A DNA stretch of 64,000 nucleotides, from positions 3,162,001 through 3,226,000 of the forward strand of contig OZ024755.1 in assembly GCA_964016885.1 (NCBI GenBank). The letters are read 5' to 3'. A model generated the notes under the pieces. It worked only from the letters and a program-made list of their open reading frames with translations. It ran no database searches and was not told where the DNA came from. A program made the translations under genes and the position numbers. Of this stretch, positions 56,662-64,000 are shown piece after piece (position 1 is the first letter of the stretch; each line of letters begins with the position of its first letter). The stretch comes from Eledone cirrhosa. Taxonomy: Eukaryota.

Positions 56662-56682
56662 AATATATACAGTATATATATA

Positions 56683-56761
<79 letters not shown>

Positions 56762-56868
56762 TGTATATATATCTATTTATATACTGTATATATTTACTAT
56801 ATATATATGTATATACAGTATATATATATATATACAGTATATATATATACTGTATATATATATATATA

Positions 56869-56908
<40 letters not shown>

Positions 56909-57500
56909 TGTATATATATCTATTTATATACTGTATATATATATATATACAGTATATATATATACAGTATGTATATATATATATATACTGTATATATATA
57001 TATATACAGTATATATATATATACAGTATATATTTACTGTATATATATATACTGTATATATATATATATACTGTATATATATATACTGTATATATATATA
57101 CTGTATATATATATATATACAGTATATATATATATACAGTATATATTTACTATATATATATATACAGTATATATATATACAGTATATATATATACTGTAT
57201 ATATATATACTGTATATATATATATATACTGTATATATATATATATACTGTATATATATATATATACAGTATATATATATATACTGTATATATTTACTAT
57301 ATATATATATATATATACTGTATATATATATACTGTATATATATATACTGTATATATATATACTGTATATATATATACTGTATATATATATACTGTATAT
57401 ATATATACTGTATATATATATACTGTATATATACTGTATATATATATACTGTATATATACTGTATATATATATACTGTATTTATATATATGTATATATAT
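56535..57500. repeat. (TA)n array punctuated by cag/ctg in both orientations
   Basis: Directly visible. Confidence 0.9.
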
Positions 57501-58463
57501 ATATCTTCACTCAAACACACACACACATATATATATTTATGAGATAGAGAGAGACGTGTGTGTGTATCCAAGTGTATATAGGCATATATATATATTTGTG
57601 TGTGTGTAATATATATTTGTGTGTGTGTAATATATGTGTGTGTGTGTGTGTGTGTGTATAATATATGTGTGTGTGTGTGTATAATATATGTGTGTGTGTG
57701 TGTGTGTGTATAATATATGTGTGTGTGTGTGTGTGTGTGCCAACACAACACACACACACTGGTATGCTGTTTCCTATTCCTATACAATATCTTTTTTTTT
57801 ACGGCTCCCTTAAACCTCCGTCACCACCATCACCTCCACCCCACCACCACCATCACCTCCACTCCACCACCACCTCCACCCCACCACCACCATCACCTCC
57901 ACCCCACCACCACCATCACCTCCACCCCACCACCACCATCACCTCCACCCCACCACCACCATCACCTCCACCCCACCACCACCATCATCTCCACCCCACC
58001 ACCACCACCATCACCTCCACCCCACCACCACCATCATCTCCACCCCACCACCATCACCTCCACCCCACCACCACCATCACCTCCACCCCACCACCACCAT
58101 CGCATCACCTCCACCATATTACCACCATCGCCGTCTTTAAATGCTACCACCCACCACCCCATCACCACCACCACCACCATCGACTTCAAATGTTACCCTC
58201 CATTCCAAACGCCCCACCCCACCCTACGTATATCAACGCCCCACTCCACCCTACGTATATCACACCACCACTGCCATCATCGTCTTCAAACGGTACCCCC
58301 GCCCCCCCCCATTCCAAACGCCCCACCTCATCCTACGTATATCACACCACCACCACCACCACCGTCTTCAAACGTTACCCCCCCTTCCCTCCATTCCAAG
58401 CGCCTCCGCCCCACCCCACCCTACATATATCACACCACCACCACCGCCACCATCACTGCCCCT

Positions 58464-58494
<31 letters not shown>

Positions 58495-58533
58495 GAGCCA
58501 CATGTCTGGATTAAGTTTACATTTGTTGGAAAC

Positions 58534-58566
<33 letters not shown>

Positions 58567-58648
58567 GAGAGAGAGGAGGGTGTTGTAAAGATGGCAGAGA
58601 GGGAAATCAGAGGAATGTGGATGCATAAATACGTGTGTGCATATATAT

Positions 58649-58697
<49 letters not shown>

Positions 58698-59028
58698 TAT
58701 ATATATACACATATATATATATATACACATATATATATATATACACATATATATATATATACACATATATATATATATACACATATATATATATATACAC
58801 ATATATATATATATACACATATATATATATATACACATATATATATATATACACATATATATATATATACACATATATATATATATATACACATATATAT
58901 ATATATACACATATATATATATATATACATATATATATATGTGTGTGTTTTGTATGTATGTAATCAAATTTAGTCTTTTGTGGAAAGATATTAACAAAAA
59001 AATAATTTTAAAAATAAAGCTTGTGTCG

Positions 59029-59074
<46 letters not shown>

Positions 59075-59104
59075 ATATATATTGTATATGTAGCGTCTAT
59101 TATC

Positions 59105-59143
<39 letters not shown>

Positions 59144-59207
59144 ATATATTGTATATGTAGCGTCTATTATCTACAAATATATACATAGGTATATATGTAT
59201 ATAAATA

Positions 59208-59252
<45 letters not shown>

Positions 59253-59290
59253 AACGAGTAGGACCCCTACACATATATATATATATATAT

Positions 59291-59486
59291 ATAACGAAGG
59301 AAATGTGGTAAGGGACCAGATGGACCATAACGCACCAAAGTACTCAATACTTAGGGTAGTAGAGTGGGTAATAGGAACGAGTAGGACCCCGACGGCAGAG
59401 CTCAAGCCGTTTCGACGGCTAATTCAGTCCAGAATTAGCCGTCGAAACGGCTTGAGCTCAGCCGTCGGGGTCCTACTCGTTCCTAT
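59291..59486 (-). mobile_element. Fold-back element, family A
   Basis: 55-bp arms 59371-59425/59432-59486 with one mismatch. Confidence 0.8.
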
Positions 59487-59652
59487 ATATATATATATAA
59501 TATATATGTAGCAAGCATTATCTACAAATATATATACATATATTTACGTATATATAGATAAATTGTATATATGTAACGTATATTATCTCAAATATATACA
59601 TAGGTATATAAATACACACACCATATATATATATATATATGTGTGTAGTGTG

Positions 59653-59694
<42 letters not shown>

Positions 59695-59734
59695 CACACT
59701 ACATATATACATATATTTACATATGTGTATCTAA

Positions 59735-60052
59735 ATAACTGTTTCTACTTTTTGGCACAAGGCCAGCAATTACCTCAGTGCATTACTGGTACTTTATTTT
59801 ATCGACCCCATAAGGATGAAAGGCAAAGTTAACCTCGGCGGGATTTGAACTCAAAATGGCAAGGGCCGTAACTCTATGCGTCAAAGCATGTTTATGTAGC
59901 AAATATTATCTACAAATATGGTCTGAGTTCAAATCCCGTCGAGGTTAACTTTACCTTTCATCCTTACGGGGTCGATAAAATAGAATACCAGTAATGCACT
60001 GGGATGATTGATGGCCTTGTGCCTAAAGTAGAAACAATTATCTACAAATATC
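59735..60052. mobile_element. Inverted pair of dominant SINEs (minus 59735-59890, plus 59919-60040)
   Basis: The plus copy is flanked by the direct repeat attatctacaaatat, a possible target-site duplication. Confidence 0.85.
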
Positions 60053-60176
60053 CCCCTCTCTCTCTCTCTAAATATATATAGATACATATTAATTTATAAC
60101 TATAAAGTTAACTGTCACTAATACATAAACATCTCCATGAAAGGATAAGATATATTAATAAACTATCCACTGAGAA

Positions 60177-60243
<67 letters not shown>

Positions 60244-60741
60244 GAGAGAGAGAGGACATCTTGAAGCTAGTCTTTAAAAAACTACCAAGATTAAAGGTGT
60301 AATATATTGTCTGGTATCTACCAACTATAAACAAAGTATTCCAGTATCTGGAGGCTATGAAAAGATTCAATAGAAACTTTTAACTATTTTAGAGTCGTCC
60401 TTATTTTTCACCTTTTTTCTTATTTGTAAGGGACATTAGATTCATCTCCTAGTCTGCCATAGCCTACTAGCTCTATACAGTCGATTATCTATCTATCTAT
60501 CTACCTATATAAGTCGATTATCTATCTATCTATCTACCTATATATATATATATAGTTTATCCCGGGTTCAATGGAGGTAACCACAGTAAGTAAGGTACTC
60601 AATACAAAGCAGAGTATAAATATTTAATATAAAAGGCTTCTACAGGACTAGAACTGTTTGATTCGAGAGAAATCATCAGGAAGCTTCCTGATGATTTCTC
60701 CCGAATGAACCATTTCTAGTCCTGTAGAAGCCTTTCTCATC

Positions 60742-60792
<51 letters not shown>

Positions 60793-60885
60793 TCTCTCTC
60801 TCTCTCACTCTCTCTCTCTCTCCGTGTATGTGTATAATAAAACGAGGAAGTTTCGTTTACAAGTATAGATATTCATTGTATATCG

Positions 60886-60977
60886 ACCTGTTACGCGCGT
60901 TTCGCAGAGGGTTGGCTCAGGCTCACCCATAGGAGTTATGGACCTAACTCCGTTATCGATCTGCTCACCAGACTTGT
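60886..60977 (-). ncRNA. Degenerate hammerhead motif with extended stem II
   Basis: Minus strand: acaagt-CTGGTGA-gcaga...tctgc-GAAA-cgcgcg-TA-acaggt; A>G change in the core and a weak stem I. Confidence 0.5.
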
Positions 60978-60999
60978 GATGTGACAAAAGAATATATAG

Positions 61000-61325
61000 T
61001 GTTACTCCAAAGACCCTTGGCAGGAACCCCATTCCAGCCGCTTGTATTCACGATCGTATTCTTTCGGACATTACCCAAGACCCATACCTATAGGTAAGGG
61101 TTGGCGCGAAAACCGAATTGAAGATGCGATAAGATAGGCTTTTTATGACTACCTTCATTTCTTCTGATTACCGAATGCTGAAGTGGTGCATTGCTGCACT
61201 AGCTTTTGCAATTCTTGCACTTAATTCAACCTGCTGCCTTCCATCACTCGTGAACACAGCCCCAAGACACTTGAAGTGTTCTACCTGCTTCAGTGGAACT
61301 CTATTCACATGTAGGGTGCACTGCG
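61000..61325 (-). mobile_element. Decayed RTE LINE fragment (C-terminal part of RT)
   Basis: Minus strand reads LKQVEHFKCLGAVFTSDGRQQVELSARIAKASAAM, then SVFAPTLTY..WVMSERIRS*IQAAGMGFLPRVFGVTL, with stops and frameshifts. Confidence 0.8.
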
Positions 61326-61605
61326 CCGCCGCAGCTTATTTGACTATTAAAAATAGTCGAACAAGTTTTGTATATAATCCGGTAGGGGCGGGGGAAATGG
61401 ACAGCATTGCCTGTGTAATGGTAGCGCAGCCATCCAGCATACGGCAGGTGCGTGTTCATCACCTACAGGTGATGCTGTTCCCTCTGTTGCCCTTTGTAAG
61501 GGGTTTATATGGTAAACATTCGACTGCGTTGAAGAAGCAGCTTCCTTTAACCTAACATATATCTAAAATTCCTAATTTGTTCAACGCTTCCTAAATGAGA
61601 ATGAT

Positions 61606-61775
<170 letters not shown>

Positions 61776-61776
61776 A

Positions 61777-61872
<96 letters not shown>

Positions 61873-61884
61873 AATATATATATA

Positions 61885-62110
<226 letters not shown>

Positions 62111-62151
62111 CGAAACATAAGTCAATTGCATGAACTCATAATCCTTTATTT

Positions 62152-62207
62152 ACTGCTATATATATTTCGATGATAGCCATTGAATGGCTATGACCTCATC
62201 AGGCAGT
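62152..62207 (-). ncRNA. Minimal type I hammerhead ribozyme motif
   Basis: Identical to 54479-54534. Confidence 0.85.
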
Positions 62208-62515
62208 TAGTCAGTTCTTAGATATGCCAGCTCTGTGTTTATGGTGTTGATGGTATCAGAGCCTTGGGACTTATATTATTCTCTCTCGTCTACGATTTCA
62301 CAGAACTTATGTTCATCGATTTCAGGGACTTGACTCCTTCTTCCTCACTTTTCGTTGCATTACCATCTTTCTTTGTTTACTGTCTCGCTCGTTCCCCTTA
62401 TTTACGTGTCCCAACGACTTTCTTTAGCCGTTGCTCGCACCAACCAGAGGTATATGGTCTTTAAAGCGATGAAATACCAATGAAGGCAGGAAGATCACTG
62501 ATGAAGGACTAAATG

Positions 62516-62596
<81 letters not shown>

Positions 62597-62657
62597 TTGT
62601 AGAGTATTGGTATCTTTATTATATATATATATAGTAATGACTTCTACAGAATGTCCA

Positions 62658-62702
62658 TTCCTGACGATTTCATACGAATGAAACAGTTCTAGTCCTGTAG
62701 AA
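62658..62702 (+). ncRNA. Type I hammerhead-like motif with a full stem III
   Basis: ttc-CTGACGA-tttc(atac)gaat-GAAA-cag(ttctagtc)ctg-TA-gaa; GUA triplet, U-U at the base of stem II, short stem I. Decayed relatives at about 22998-23045, 34122-34172 and 60632-60735. Confidence 0.6.
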
Positions 62703-63140
62703 GTTATTTCTATATATATATATACATATAATATATGTGTGTGCGTTTCTGTGTGTGTGTCTCTGTGTTTGTGTTTGTGTATGTCCGTGTGTGTGTCTCT
62801 GTATGTATGTGTGTGTATGTCTGTATGTATGTGTGTGTATAAGATCTGTTTTTTGGTTGTCTTAGTTTTTTTTTTTCAAAGATGGAGATGGAGAAGAAGT
62901 CGAAGTTTGGAATCATTGAAACAGCAGCTAAATAGTTCCTTCTACTTCATTACCTCTGTCTGGTCGCTCTCTATACACTCCCCCCGTTCCTGGAGGGGGG
63001 TGCTAGGGGAGGGCTCTCCGCCGCCATTCCATCACTACCTTCTCCAACATCACTCTTTTCTAGGGGGGGGGCTCTGTTGGTCCCCCCTAACCTCACTCGC
63101 GCGCTCTTCCATTTAGTAGGTTGTAACTTTAGGATAGCAT

Positions 63141-63177
<37 letters not shown>

Positions 63178-63783
63178 ATGAGTGTGTGTGAGTATATATG
63201 TATATATGTCTACACACACATTATACATTATATATATATATGCATATATACACACATGCATATATAGAGAGAGAGGGAGTGAGATACTTAAATACACAGA
63301 CATAGACACATTTATACACATATACACACACACATATATGTGTGTGTGTATATATGTGTGTGTGTGTGTATAGTTTTCCTAAAAAATATAACGTCACACA
63401 CACATATACATACATACACACACATATATACATACACATACACACATATACATACATACACATACACATATACATACACACACACGCACATATACATACA
63501 TACACACATACATACACACATACATACACACATACACACACACACATACATACACACACATACACACATACACACACACATACACACATACACACACACA
63601 CACATACACACATACACACACACACATATATATACATACACATACATACACTTACGCGCACGCACATATTCTTTCTCCCCTCCCATCTCTTTAAGGTAGA
63701 CTACACATATATACTTACACACACACACACACACATGCATAATGGCAAAAATATGTATCTGCAAATGTGTGCGTATGCAGATA

Positions 63784-63831
<48 letters not shown>

Positions 63832-64000
63832 TCGTAATCCCAAAGTTATGTACCCACATTAGTAGGAAAGAACATAAATTGAAACAAAACTGCAAAACCC
63901 TAGTTTTTGCTCTAGAATTTCCCATTTGAATAGCATGTATGTTCTTTTACTGAGGATATACAGTGTGTGTGTATATATATATATATATATTTATGAGTGT

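Overview
Repeat-dominated, essentially non-coding animal DNA. The dense (TA)n/(CA)n/(GGT)n microsatellites and two tRNA-derived SINE families look like an octopod cephalopod genome (inference). I found no host protein-coding exon that I can support, and nearly all ORFs in the track are microsatellite translations. Real coding homology is limited to retrotransposon remains: a 1.26-kb RTE reverse-transcriptase fragment, several smaller RTE fragments and an R4/Dong-like fragment. Other content includes about 28 copies or fragments of one SINE, 6 CORE-like SINEs, mariner-, Tc2/pogo- and piggyBac-type MITEs, minisatellites and a 200-N gap. The main hidden signal is a set of short elements embedded in (TA)n tracts. 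They carry type I hammerhead ribozyme motifs (about 9 with an intact CUGANGA...GAAA...UH core, plus decayed copies, in about 7 sequence families). They often form long fold-back palindromes, and several families share a bipartite 3' tail motif (TYGAGTRC ... GGT-N1-2-ACC). This fits truncated or non-autonomous Penelope-like retroelements, one family of which appears to be very young. Boundaries of degenerate repeats are approximate; all alignments were done by eye.
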